A stretch of 55,840 nucleotides of DNA from contig JAAPAO010000188.1 in assembly GCA_013115145.1 (NCBI GenBank), positions 1 to 55,840 of the forward strand. The letters run 5' to 3'. Of the stretch, positions 1 to 12,849 are shown one piece after another. Origin of the DNA: Perkinsus chesapeaki ATCC PRA-425 (Eukaryota; Protista; Perkinsozoa). A program made the translations under genes and the position numbers. Within the stretch, counting starts at the first letter, position 1, and each line of letters starts with the position of its first letter. The notes below the pieces were generated by a model. That model searched no databases and was not told where the DNA came from. It worked only from the letters and a program-made list of their open reading frames with translations.

Positions 1-2
1 CT

Positions 3-1025
3 CCGCAAACATTCGTCATCTCCAACGACACGTTATATAATGGGAAAGCATGCAATGGAAGCATTTATGGACTTTACGAGTGTCACTTGCCATGTTTGTG
101 TAACAAATTGGAAGAAGTGGAATTCCGTGACGGTAGAAAGACGGATATCGTTGATCATAGCGCTGACTTAAAGCTTGGAGACCATACGGTTTTGGACGTC
201 CAACTCGGTATAGTAAAGAACTACACCGCTCCGGGGCATTCGCCTCACTCTTCACTAGGACTAGGACCGGTAGCTAGTTCAAGAGGCTATGTTCCCTTGT
301 TGGATCAGCTCGTTACCAAAGGCATTATAAAGACTAAGGAATTTTCAATCTATTTCCACACTGAGAATAGAAATGAGGGAGAGCTCCTCCTCGGCGGAAG
401 CGACCCCAGAAAGTACCATGGAGAGCTGGCACCAGTCCCAGTGAGAGATGAATATAGATGGATAGTCGAACTGGATAATATAAGGATTGCTGGTACACTT
501 GTGCTGGGAGCACCGTACCCGATTCTCTTTGATACTGGAACTGCTTTCCTTGCTGCCCCACTGGAGGTTTTGGATACAATCATTAGGCATATTGAGAAAT
601 CGGTCAGACATGGCAGTGGCCACGAAATGGTGTGGCATTGGCTAGAGGGAGTTCCATATTTACACGACTGCAATGACCTTGCATATTTCCCTACGATTGA
701 ACTCGTGCTCACAGGACTTCCTGATGGAGACAACGTTAGGCTCTTGGTTCCACCAGATTTGTATACTGCTAAAACACCAAATACCGGAACATGCATTATC
801 CTCTTCCTTAGAATCCCGGCTGACCATGAGATCGTCATAGTGGGAATAACTCTACTTCGGGACTATTACATTAACTTCAATGTAGACAAACCTCAGATCA
901 GCATCGCGAGGACTGTCAACGTATCGCAGGCCAAGCATAGCTTGCGACCCCTTATGAATAAGAAGAGGTCTCCACCTGCTTTGAGCCTTTATCCATACGA
1001 CAACCTTTCGGGCATCCAGTTTTAA
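3..1025 (+). CDS. Pepsin-like (A1) aspartyl protease, 5' end outside window, intronless here
   Basis: Frame is open from base 3 (PQTFVIS...). It has the second catalytic motif LFDTGT, GELLLGGSDP, a W(I)VELD segment and C-terminal IVGITLLRDYYINFN, all typical of A1 proteases. Confidence 0.88.
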   Translation, partial: PQTFVISNDTLYNGKACNGSIYGLYECHLPCLCNKLEEVEFRDGRKTDIVDHSADLKLGDHTVLDVQLGIVKNYTAPGHSPHSSLGLGPVASSRGYVPLLDQLVTKGIIKTKEFSIYFHTENRNEGELLLGGSDPRKYHGELAPVPVRDEYRWIVELDNIRIAGTLVLGAPYPILFDTGTAFLAAPLEVLDTIIRHIEKSVRHGSGHEMVWHWLEGVPYLHDCNDLAYFPTIELVLTGLPDGDNVRLLVPPDLYTAKTPNTGTCIILFLRIPADHEIVIVGITLLRDYYINFNVDKPQISIARTVNVSQAKHSLRPLMNKKRSPPALSLYPYDNLSGIQF

Positions 1026-1419
1026 TAATAGGAATTATGGTGTTACTGTAGCATGCGGAGTGCCAGCTACTATTGCTGTGTGTATCCTTAATATGTGCTG
1101 AGTTGTTATCCGTTCAATTGTGTATTGCAACATGTGCTTGTTTCCAAACACAACAAGTACACATGTGCGGGGAGCAGCTTCGGCCGACCACTAAAGAGTC
1201 CGCAGTCGATTCAATCGACGATGGCCTCCGAATTTTGTAGTTCGAAACATCAGGGAGCTACCCCGACCCTCTTCAGTCACTCGGCCAAACAGTCACCGCG
1301 GAATTTATGCTCGCAGGCTCCTTTCTGCTAGGCACGTCCTATGCATTGAAAATCATGGACCGTAGTCAGTGAGGATTTCTGAGCAACATCTGCAACCGTG
1401 GAGTTGCACTCGTGCAGTG

Positions 1420-1800
1420 CTGCAAAGCACACTACAAACTGCACTGCGCAACGCACTTCACATTTCAGTGAAATATGAAGTTGCGGGCCAAAACGGGAAA
1501 TTTTTTACCGGAATTTGGGCCAAAAGCGCGGGGGGTATTTGGTTTGGGGGCAAATCGGATTTGACACCCCAATGGCCATTGGGGTGTGGAGGTTAAAAAA
1601 ACGTAANNNNNNNNNNAAACATCTCCACCGGTGTTTTTCATCTGGTGCTGTTCTCAAAACAAAAAAAAAAACCCCCCTGCCAAACCAATTAAATTTTTAT
1701 TTAAATTTTTTTTTGGCCAAATTCCCTTTAATTTTTTTCCGTTATTGGGCGCAACTACGCGCTGTGGTAAGTGCTTTGGGCGCAATAGCGATTTGCACTC
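1420..1800. repeat. Degenerate inverted repeat flanking a 10-N gap (foldback/MITE-like, or low-quality contig ends)
   Basis: Left arm gaagttgcgggccaaaacgggaaattttttaccggaatttgggccaaaa (~1477-1525) aligns by eye at roughly 70% to the reverse complement of ttttggccaaattccctttaatttttttccgttattgggcgcaactac (~1710-1757). Weaker symmetry continues inward and outward. Confidence 0.35.
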
Positions 1801-3621
1801 CGAATGCGCATTGGCGATGTGCAGTAAAAGCATCGTACTTTAGGCAATTCGCGCTTTTCATTGCTACAGTGCACGCAATGCGGCGGCATCTCCAGCGATT
1901 TTCATATGCACGGTGCATAATGCACCCTCGTTCCCGTTGGTGTGCACTACATAGTATTCGATTTAAATTAAATTGCATCATAATTTAATTATGAATTATC
2001 GTCATTAACGTATAAAACGTTAGTATAACGTTAAAATGGTTATTGAATCATTTAATATAGAAAACACAAGTTATCCCGATTAATGATGGGAACGTAAAGG
2101 CACGCATGTGAGGGAAGACAATGCATCGTTCTCGACGAAGAGCTCACTGGGTCAATGGCAGCAGTGATGCATTCATAAAGAAGAGTATATTCTTGAGCAT
2201 ACTCGGGATCCGTAGCAGCAGTCATGATGCCAAGCGGGGAAGTTCCGAAGAAACGTTCGATCCCCCAAGCTATGGCATCAAAAAGTGGGCCATACGTCAC
2301 CTAATGTATCTTGTCAAATATCAGACATGTCTTGATTGAAAACCGGAAATATCAAGTGAGCATGGAATGCAGAAATGACTGGAGGAAGTACGACATATAA
2401 AATCTGTTGTGGAGTCTTGAGGGAGCGATTCCTGGTGGTTGCTGGTCAGGTAAGGGCCTCGAGCTCTGAGACGCGGCTTTAATTCGGTTTTGGATGCATT
2501 CTGCAGCCAGAGGGGGTTGGCTGGCGCCGCGCCAGTGGCGCGCACTGCGCGCTCTAAACTGAGCTTGAGACGCCGAATCTCTTTGCTTTCCTACCCCGTA
2601 CGTGTCCTTGTGACGCGGATGCTCCGCTTTTTTTGCTGATAGCTATACTTTTCTTAACTTTGGTATTTCGATGCTTCCCTTCACACTGGCCGGTGCTGGG
2701 AAGTGCTTGCCCGCCGCGTCGTTCCGGCAGGAACACGCGCCTTGGATGAAGGAACTCCCGCAGGATGATTTTTCGCTTAAGTAGTACTACTTTTTGAGGC
2801 TTTATATGAACAGTTCATGATGAACTTCATTTGCAAGTTAATCCAATTCATCGTCTTCGCTGTGGGAGCTCGTCAGCAGATTATCGCTCACCTTTTCCGA
2901 ATTCATTTCTTTAAGGTGTTCTCTGTACGCAGTTTTATACTCATACCCGTCCACATGATCCACATGGTCTTCCCGATTATATACTATCACTTGGTCATTA
3001 CCGTCGACACCACTGAATAAAAACTCTCTATCTGGCTCAGATGTGATGGTCGGCCCAGGAAAGTTCGCAAATTCCAATACAAGGTGAAGGAGGCGTCTGA
3101 TCATGTTGTACTGACCGCCGACGTGACTGATAAAAGATATAATAGACTAGTCGGAGTATTCCGCAGAACATGCCCTGGTTTATCCTTTGACGACAACGAC
3201 TTCAAGGAGTACAAGTGGGAGGAGAAGTATGACAAATTGGTGATGACTCTCGCCGACAAAAAGTACGATTTGCCAAAGCTGGCATTCTGAATCAGATAGT
3301 CGTTGAAGATCGTCATGTATCCAACATGTATCGATTGTTTCTTCTAAAAAGTGATTTCTCAAGAATCTCGGGTGAGTGTATCACGTACCTCACTATACTC
3401 TCACAACATACTTATGTTGGCAATAAGCTGGTTAGCTAATAACTTAGTTGGCTTAAGTCCCTTGAGTTTTTATTATTAATATATTAAGTCAATATATTTG
3501 GGGAAGCTCTTCTTTATTTGGTGGCCCTATCTGAGATTGAACCTTTGGCATCCCTTATCATATATATTTTGACTGGATTTCGTCTGTAGCAACATAATAC
3601 ATATTAATAGAGCTGTAGCCT

Positions 3622-4340
3622 TCAATAAAAGAACCGATAGCTGAATGTTCTGGAAGAGAAATTGAGATTAAACAAGTAATAGTAAATCCAAACGGTTAAA
3701 GTGCTGTAGCAACTTTTCGACATCGCTGCGATGTCATCGCACGGAATAATCGTGATATTCCGTCGGTTCATTTGACGCAAACTCTTCAAGAGCGTATCCC
3801 ATCGAAATATCCTATCATTGACTTTGTGCACACGCAACACACACCGATGGCAAGAAACACTTCCGATTGTCTGCTGGCGAGTACGTGTTAAATCGACGTG
3901 GTGGAACTCCGACGAGGTTGAGGACCTCTGAGATAATACAAAACCATTTCAGCCAAACCTTTAGAAAACAACTTCTTGCTTGTTAGCTGACTCTCATGTG
4001 TGTAAATAACAAAGCAGTGAATTTGTAATGTACATTTAGAGAACGGGAAGCTGTTGTGTGTCTCCCACTGATTATTCTAGCGATTTGTGATCCATAAACT
4101 CGATCGTTAGCTTCCTCACAAGCTATCGGTCCATCACATATCGGGCACCGAGAACTCCTGTCCAGCCACTCGGCCAAGCAGTCACCACAAAATGTATGCC
4201 GACATGCTTCTATCTCCACCGGGCTCTCCATCGATTCCTGTTATAAAAATATGAACCATAGCGTAACCAGTAGGAGCTACCAAGCAAATGCTGCAGCAGT
4301 GTTCATCACATGTTTCTTCTTTCCCTGGAGTATTCACCAT
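3622..4340 (-). CDS. C3HC4 RING-finger protein (multi-exon; 3' end uncertain)
   Basis: ATG at 4340. Splicing a 43-nt GT-AG intron (4238-4280) gives CSICLESMESPVEIEACRHTFCGDCLAEWLDRSSRCPIC, a canonical C3HC4 RING. Confidence 0.78.
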
Positions 4341-6019
4341 AGCAGTTGAATTATTAGTGTCAGTCTTGGAGCTTTGAAAAATGAAGCCGATCGGCGGCGA
4401 TGCTGAAAACTCGGAAAGGGACAAGTAAATCTTCCTGAATTTACTGGAGATGTAAATAGTGTCTCCTGATGACAGTTTTGCTGATTCGTCACGTCGAATC
4501 TTTTTCATGCATTTAAACCGCGGGTCGACCAGCGTGCCACCCCAACTTCTACTGGTCAATCGCCATACCTCTGAAAACTAATCTTTGGAAGAAACTGCCC
4601 GAATTAGGGACCCCGATTTCGCAACACATTTTGGAAACATAGTCCGACGAACTTCGACACAGACAGCCGCAGTAGTGGTGACACAGGATGGAAGTGATGG
4701 AAAAGACGTTATGTCGTCTACGTTGGCAAGGATCGTAAAACTCTAGTCAGGTTCTTCGTGCCTCTGGGGGAAAAGGTATCGATTACTCAAGTTAATTTGG
4801 CGGCAGAATTTTTGGGGAAGTCCACAATATCTCTCGGTCCCATGACAACTTGTGAAGCATCGTGGTTGCCCTTAGAAGCTTCCAGGAGAGCTTCCGATTT
4901 ACCTTCAAGATTTGAGGAAGTTGATGATAACTCAAACTGAAATCGTGCAACATACGGTGATTCAATTGTTACCTGAAATAACAAGAATAAATAAATCCAG
5001 CATTCCCTCTACCAATACGGAAGACTTGAGCTCAAAACAAGTATCATATGATCGATCTTCTAAGTATGTCCCCATCTCCCACTGCGATATAAACGCTGCG
5101 GTCGCTGTAGTTTTATACATCTATTTCGCGTATGAAACGGCTGATCTATTTTATATACCTCGGGTGGTGATGTATAGCTCGTGTTTGCGACACGTACAAG
5201 CCAAATCACGAAGAGTGGTCTCTCAAGAGCAAAGTGTTATGACCAGGAATTCACTTATCTCGACATTTAACAATGTCGCAACACGGAGATGCAATGGAGA
5301 CTTGAAAATACGTTCCTAGGCCGGGAAGAAATGAAGAGCGCATCCCTTTTGAGAGCATCTCAGGTTAATCCTTAGTTTTGGCAGTTTAATAATCCTTACA
5401 TCGCAAACACGTGCGGAGGTCGGAGGGAGCCTTCGACCGACTCTAACACATACGTTCGGTTCGAGGCGGATATCTTCACAGTAATCACGATTAAGTGATG
5501 ATAATAACGATGCAGTCATGACAGGGACAGCAGCAGCACACAATCCAACTAACGCGGATGTGACAGTGTGATAAAGTAACAGTATTTTCATAAAAGCATC
5601 TGCGACTCTCGAGTAAATAACGATCTCAAAGAATGGTTCCGATCATCTTTCAAATACACGCTCAATCACACAGTCCAGCGTTTCGCTGGGAAAATGAATA
5701 CTATCGGAAGTCCCATGGCATTGGCCTATCACGAAGCTCATGAGCACCACATAGAAGCGTAGCTGAGCCACCCCGGAGGAATCCTCACTGCGAGCTCTCT
5801 AGTAGACTTTAGGCAAATATATGAGCACGTCCGTAAAAAAGTCTCTTATTAGTGGCTTGGTTGCAGTCTCCGTTGAAATATTATATCCCGTACCAACTTT
5901 TCGCCAACTCTATGGTGAATACTCAGTCAACTTAACAACACAAGCAACTGTATAGGAAGAGTCTCTGAACACACAGTATTTTAAATGATCAAGAATCAGA
6001 TTGTCAAGCCGCACAGCAT

Positions 6020-7890
6020 TATTCGTTTTCAGCTTCAAAAGGAACCAGTCCAAATCGGATAAGAGTTTCCACCCACGGTTCGACATGCCTGTCCTTCGCA
6101 GTATCGTAAACGTGTCGCTCCCGGTCGCGCTGAGTTGTCACGAACGCTGATTCCTAAAAAAGGTAAATCTAATACAGACAAGGGTTCCAGAGGGCCACTG
6201 AACAAGGAGGAATGCAGCTAATCGATATTCACAATATCTTCTATTTTATCTCGACATTACCAACAATTTCCGACCACCTAACAGGTTTTTAATACAGCAT
6301 CTAGCATACCATTAAACCAGGACGAACCGACGTCAAAACATCGAAGTCCAGCTCACCTTAAGCAACGGACTCCAGTGATGCGTCCTCTGTACTGCAGCGT
6401 CCATTCCTGACCGGGCGAATACATCCGTATGAGCGTTCCGAACATGAATTGAATGCGAGACACATTCATGGACGGTAACCTAAAAATGACACTTGCCGGG
6501 ATCGAACCTGCGTCGCTCTACCAACCTGTGTATCGTGATGCTCATGATTGAGCGTCTGCTTAGTAAGCATGTTGCTCAATAGCTCCAGAACTTCCGGCAA
6601 TGTAACCTGATAAAAATTCTCACTTTCATCTCTTTTCCGAGCCGTGGATCTCTGGAATTTACGCAACTATCAAATTCTAGATGGCAAATTGAAGTTCTGC
6701 TAAACGACGTCCTACATGCTGGCATTCCCGCTTGAAAGTATACGATCGACTAAATTGTAATTATACTTATTAATTTCCTTTGATGCAGTTTCCAAATTTC
6801 TGCCAACGACTGCTATTCGCTACGACTCTGTATGAATTCAGAATGAGGAAATAAGAGTAAGCTACGGACGAGCAACTGATTTACTATACTAAAGATAAAT
6901 GGTAATACGATCAACAATATACACAAGCACTTATAACTTATTTCATCATCAGAGACAAAAAACACAGCTAACATATTTTTTCGTGGAACCGTTTCCGCTC
7001 GTTCTAGTATTCGGCGCGATAAGGGTAAGTTGGTTCACGTCCGTAACGAACTTAAAGATCCGTTACGAAACTCACATTATTCTGTACAGCTCCTCTCATC
7101 GCCACGGTTGGGGTACTCTGCTTAAATTGACCATCCCTCCACAAAGTAAATACACCTTGGTGAGTCAATGATTGAACACCTGACAAGAAGGAAATGCCGA
7201 AAAGGAGCCACTGAGCTAGCCTCGTTCAGACAAGTTCATTTCATCAGTGTTTTATTCGTAAAATATTAGCAAGTCCCCAATTACTTTAGTATCGGCGTTG
7301 GGCGGTTAGAAAGATCAAGAAATAGGACAACTTCCACCTATCAGCGATAGAGAAGAAGATTTAAGAAGGTCTAGAAGATACTTTTCCAGACCTTCGTGCA
7401 GCATCGCACTATTAATAAATTATATTATGTCTTAACATTTGTTGTGGCTCTGGTTACAAAGGCATATTCTTCAACATGCTATTCGACAGTAATATACTCG
7501 AAGGCGATTAATTCTTGTCATGACCATCTCATCACATCTGATCAATTTATTGGCGAGTGAAATCTCCACGAACACACACAGTGTAAATTTTACTTAACAC
7601 GTTATATTACAGTGATGGATACAAGCAACGGGCAGTCGGAAGTGGAGGCTCCCCATCATTCAGGAGCAACATTTCACATACTAGTAAAAGCGAATGAAAC
7701 GATAACGCGCATGCAGTACTAAAGATATCTTACCGCACTCGAAAGAATACGGCTAGATAGGAGGTAAACTTACCCACTAACAAATCAGTTACAACTCTGG
7801 ACGCCAAGGCAGACGTGAAGAGATTCAGGGCGAATCCAGCAAACTGTGACGAGAAATGGGCCTGAGAAATAACAAAGATTTTGACCTATT
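6020..7890 (-). CDS. Multi-exon hypothetical protein (possibly the 3' continuation of the 8031-12712 gene)
   Basis: In-phase exons with GT-AG borders, e.g. AHFSSQFAGFALNLFTSALASRV, DGQFKQSTPTVAMRGAVQNN, VTLPEVLELLSNML...HDTQ|VTVHECVSH...WSPLLK|ESAFVTTQ...AENE*. Confidence 0.5.
6480..6525 (-). other. 46-nt spliceosomal intron made of a tRNA-like D-loop + T-arm + 3' acceptor strand + T-tract
   Basis: GTTGGTAGAGCGACGCAGGTTCGATCCCGGCAAGTGTCATTTTTAG. Phase-0 splicing joins two open exons, and retention gives a stop. Contains the A-box-like TTGGTAGAGC and the B-box GGTTCGATCC. Confidence 0.7.
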
Positions 7891-8030
7891 TCCCCTTACG
7901 ATTTTTCGAAAAATAAAACTATATAAATGCATAATATATAATTTCTATAAATTTATAAAAATTTATATAGAATATTATTGTTCTATAATAATATAAAAAC
8001 TATCGCCTATATATAAAAATTTCTAAAAAT

Positions 8031-11000
8031 TCACGCCTCGGAAAAAAATCCAAATTCCCGGAATAATCCGAGATAGATTTCACTTCGCTTTTGTCTCACC
8101 TGCAATAGTTTCATAAAGTATTCCAAATCCATTATAACAGCCTGAACTTTATCATCACCAAGTTTTCCATGAACAGAACCGTTGAATGCGCTAAATATTA
8201 ACATACGACCAACCAATCTATCATGGATCAACTCGTATTCCTCTGGAGTACCTGACAACGCCAACACTCTTCATAAGATACTCTTCGAGCTGACAGGAGG
8301 AGCTGCATTTTTTGCTCTAAAAAACGTTCGCCATTTTACCACTCGATTACTTTCGGAAATTTTATTATTTTTCCCTTGAAATTTCGTCAGGAATTGTTTT
8401 TCGAACTTACTATCTAAACCCACTTACCCGAAGAAATATCCAAATTCACCCTCAACAAACTTTTCCGAGTTACTTATCTCCCGAAATGTCATTCAAATCC
8501 CCAACGTTACCAAAATTTTCATTTTAACTTATCCACTCTCGCTCACCAACTGCGAAAATGTACGGAAATTTCAATAGTTCTAATTTTTCCCAAATTCAAT
8601 TTCAAGTCACCCCTCACCAGTCTGTATGGTCGTCTCAGCTCTCAATGCATTCGCGCATCCTTGAGAATATCCAAGCCATCCCCATTCCGTGTCGGGGTCA
8701 ATTTTACGGACAGCTTCGATAACCCTTCTTGCATTGTACTCCAACGAACGACCAGTACCAGTATCAGCTCTGAAATAGATTAAAATCTTTCTAGTGCGTA
8801 AATGCTGAGACTCTTCCCGGTGCGCAATGATACTAGACACCTCATGGATGTGTGAAGATACTAAGCGTAAACACCCGAGAACCTTCAGGAAGTTTGAAGA
8901 TTCCAAAAATATCGATTTTTTGGCGATACTTACTATCGATACTATCGATACTTAACAACTCTCTGGTGCGTCAAGATACTTGAAATCTTCCCAGTGCGTC
9001 GAGATACTTAAAATCTTCCCAGTGCGTAAAGATATGTCGGATATCTGCTCACCTAACAATCTGCAATCCTCTCTTTTGATGCATCCTATGGAATGTCTCA
9101 GCCAACTCTGTTCCTTCAGCTCCCTCAGATATGACACCCATTGCCGATACCAATGCCAACTTAACGTGTCCTGAAATGTGGAATAATATAACTCCAACAG
9201 CAGCTCCTGCAATTTCACAGGCATCCTCAGCGTTCCCAATGGCTGAGAACGTGCTAATGAACTAAACAAGAATTGCGATCTTTCTGGGCCTCACCTCTCA
9301 TTTTCAGTATGATTCGCTTGGTTCAAGATCCCCACTAAATCTATTCACACCAAATTTTCCCTCATTTTCCCTAATTTTTCCTTGAATTCTCCTAAATTTC
9401 CTACACTTTTTTTCTGAATCTTTACAGAATTTTCCCCAAAAAACTCCCTGAATTTCCCCTCACCTTTAGGATTCCTCAACATCAACTTCGTCAAAGGATC
9501 ATTCAATATCCTCTCCCGGTCATCCTCATATCGATACAACGACCTTAATACCAGCATATAATTTCCTGGCGCGTGACTTTTCATCTTACTTCACAATAAC
9601 CTCCACCAATTGAACAGGGTCATCCGGCAACTTGTCCGTTCCCGCCAGAACCATCAGCCATTCCCTCGACTCCTCAATATCCGGCACAACTTCATCGTAG
9701 ACCGACAACACCTAAAACGGTAAACAAAAATCGCTTCGCTCCGCTAAAAGAGAAAACTCACCATAAAAGATTCATAGCTTCTCAACATGAACTCCTTGCA
9801 CCAATCACGATCAACAATTCTGCGGTCGGCTGAAATTGCCTTCCGGCAAGCAGCAAACGCGTTCTCTGAGAAAAAATGAAAGATTTTTTTCGTGAAGGAA
9901 ACACAGATCCCGGAGCTCCCGGTCTCATCTACGCAGCTGATCGGATGCAGCTGATGCTTGTGAGCTCATCTCACTCCCCATCCGAACCCTCGTGCCAAAC
10001 GAGCGGGGCCCAATTGGCGTTTGTTGTGACACAAAAACTGTCCCACATTTGCTACAGGTCAGAAAAGCTTGTCCTTCGGAAATCAAGCTCCTGGAGCATT
10101 TTATAAAGGTATCCATGTCACGAGCGTTCCTATACCTACGGACCTCAGACCATGAGCTGCGCCAGATTGCGCGCAGTCTTCATTCATAAGAACATCTATC
10201 CGCACAATTACGATCTAGCGAATTCTCTTTCCAATGAAAAGGACAATTCACTTATCATGGTAAATGATAATGCTTCTACTATAACTCTGCTCCCTCCCGA
10301 TGGTCATAATTGTTGCTACTATAACCAGTATATTAGAACAATGTCAAATTGTCAATATTATCAACTTACCAAAATCCTCCTTAGTAGCTGTTGACTCCTT
10401 AGTTGGTGCGATCGCCGCTATCGCTTCATCCTCGAGCTCACGGACTCCATCAGTGAAGGGTGCAGTGTAAGACATCCTACCAATACAAAAAATATCATTT
10501 TTCGCGGAAGATTTTCCGACGAAAAAATTTGCTCCTCAAAATTTCTCGGCGTTATTGCATAACAGAAATTAAATAATTATATTTCCACCAAGAATAAAAA
10601 AATAGAAAAAAAATCCATTTTGAGCTACAAAAAATTCCCAAAATCCCAAAATATCTCATCCCAATCCTTCTCTCTTGGAAATTCCTCCCTCTACTTGCCT
10701 ACCTATAACAGACAGTTAACCTGTTTTTAACGGCCAAGTATTCATCCATATTTTCTTTTAATATTTTACATGCCAACACATTCAGTGCATGATAGTAGCT
10801 ATCACGAGGCTTCTTACCACCAGCCATATAATCTGTCCTGCGAGGAACTGGGTACCTACAGCTAGAGGTGTCAGAAAAATACGAGGAACAGCAGATAGCG
10901 TATCTCCTTTCAGCCCAGTTAGCCTATTTTTCGCATTAAAAATTTCCCCACCCAATATGCCGACTACTAACAGCGCAGCTTTTTTCCAAGATTTCCCCAA

Positions 11001-12712
11001 CGGACTTTTTTCCGCGAAAATTTCACGAAATTTCAAAATTTTGCAGCGTTTATATTTTCGCGCCGAAAATGTTTTTCCTCTCAAGAAAGCTCCTTCTTCC
11101 ACTATGACGAATTTCCTTCCAGGCTCATTCGGAATCAACTCTTCCTCATAAACTCGGTTACCTGGCAACCGTCATCCCACTTACCCCAATTTCTCTTCCA
11201 ACAACGCTGCCACATCGATACGATGAATCGCCCTGTCTTGTGGAATCTCCAGCAACCTCATCAATATATTGGTCAAAGCTCTCGCTGAACCATTTTGAGA
11301 TGACTCACAAAGAACTGCTATGACATACCTGAAAACGATACGGAATCCACCATGAAGGCGTCAGGAGCCTTGGCAGGCAGCTTCAGATGTCAATATCCCC
11401 AGACGGACCGCGCCTATTTTCTCTCTATCATGTCGAATAACTTTTACTACAGTGCCATTGCGTTTGTTGGGCGACAAGTAGGTTAAAGAGATATACCTAT
11501 AACCCTCAAGATTGCAGCTTATTTCCATCACTAACGCGAAGCATTCAATTTCAACCAACTTGCCGCCCAACAAAACCGAACTGTAGGCCTGCGACTTTGA
11601 CCGATTTCGGAACTACCAACTGCGAAAATAAATAGATATTATTATCAATTGGATTGACCGATTTCTTTCTGAAGAAAGACTGTAGCCAGTATAGAGTTGC
11701 TCAGTTGCCCACGAAAAGGCCGGACCCCGTCAAATTCAGAAATATCACTATATACACTCAAATGCCATAATCGCCGTCGTATAGTTTTCCAGACAAGTTG
11801 GCCATCCCCCTACTCTTTAGGTTGTTGCTTCTGCAATAGCATCTCCAACAACATCCTAGTGTTACTCTGGACAACAGCTCCTGCCCATGGAGCCGCCAGA
11901 CACGAGGCCAACATCGATGCTACATCTGATGGACCTGATGATGAAAAATAACAATATAAAATAACTTATAGTATTTTACATAACTAAATCAACATTGCAT
12001 TATTTATACTATTAAATAAATTAATTCGTGAGTATGCCTATCGAACTCAGTCTCGATAATAATTTTCAAATTCCGAAAAATGCCATCAGCGAGCTCAGAT
12101 ATTCCAAATCTACATTCTCCAACCACTCCCACTATACCCACAAGACGCCGTCGATATCAATCCCCGAAGACAAAATAAAAATCTTTCTGCTGCGCAAAGA
12201 TACTTACCAAGTAAAGTAAATGGCATTCCAAGCCACCGGCAAGCCGCTACATCCGGCAGACCAATCTCAACTGCCCTCGATGAAGACTGCACAGGAGAGG
12301 TCATTCTACGTAGACTTCCACGTAGAAGCGCCTGAAAGGGGTACACCAAGTTCTCAAGGATATCGGAGAAAAAATCGGTATGACGATCAAGTGAAAATTC
12401 GAATGATATGCCAATCGAAAAATATTACCAAAATTCCGCTAATCACATTCTCATTAAAAATGCCTCCCCCCTGGATCGAACCCACGACCTCGCCCTTACC
12501 TCATGATCCACAGGTTTCATCTGCAGCGTCATCCTATGCAAGAAGCCTTCCGGTATAAACCCTCCTTTCGTGAACTTCGGTTGTTGCTCCTCTTCAACAA
12601 CCGAATCCACCGCACTGTCGTCTCCGCTACTGCAAGTGCTGTACGCCTCGGAACAGGAACTTCTCTCGAGCTCGGATTTAGCTGATAACATTTCAGCGCT
12701 ATTTCCTGACAT
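8031..12712 (-). CDS. Large multi-exon protein with an alpha/beta-hydrolase (lipase-type GxSxG) region
   Basis: Exon ~8610-8770 encodes EWGWLGYSQGCANALRAE (nucleophile elbow). Many in-phase exons run from MSGNSAEMLS (12712) through NLVYPFQALL, GPSDVASML, YVIAVLCESS, ENAFAACRKA and FISTFSAIG. It could be two genes. Confidence 0.55.
8960..9035. repeat. Intronic 28-bp tandem repeat (~3 copies; degenerate copies at ~8780-8835)
   Basis: The unit gtgcgtcaagatacttgaaatcttccca starts at 8966, 8994 and 9022. Confidence 0.75.
12456..12499 (-). other. tRNA 3'-half-like sequence forming the 5' end of intron 12353-12499
   Basis: GAG|GTAAGGGCGAGGTCGTGGGTTCGATCCAGGGGGGAGGCATTTTT. Phase-0 splicing joins ...KPVDHE to NLVYPFQ..., and retention gives a stop. 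Confidence 0.7.
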
Positions 12713-12849
12713 ACAAAAACTGTACGAATTTTCAAAAGAAATTTTTTTACCAAAAAATTTATTTTTCGGTAAAATTGAGATGTAGATGATGGCAAAAGCG
12801 CGCCACAATTGGAGAAATTACTAACGAAAATAAATATGAAAACAATCGC

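Noticed and set aside
2052-3290. Short ORFs as a transposase or discrete genes
   Set aside because: Fragmentary and frameshifted, with no recognisable motif. They may be exons or debris but cannot be assigned.
5630-6020. Stop-codon reassignment suggested by a minus-strand reading broken by TAG/TGA
   Set aside because: Mixed stop types, and the clear genes in the window use standard stops. More likely decayed or unspliced sequence.
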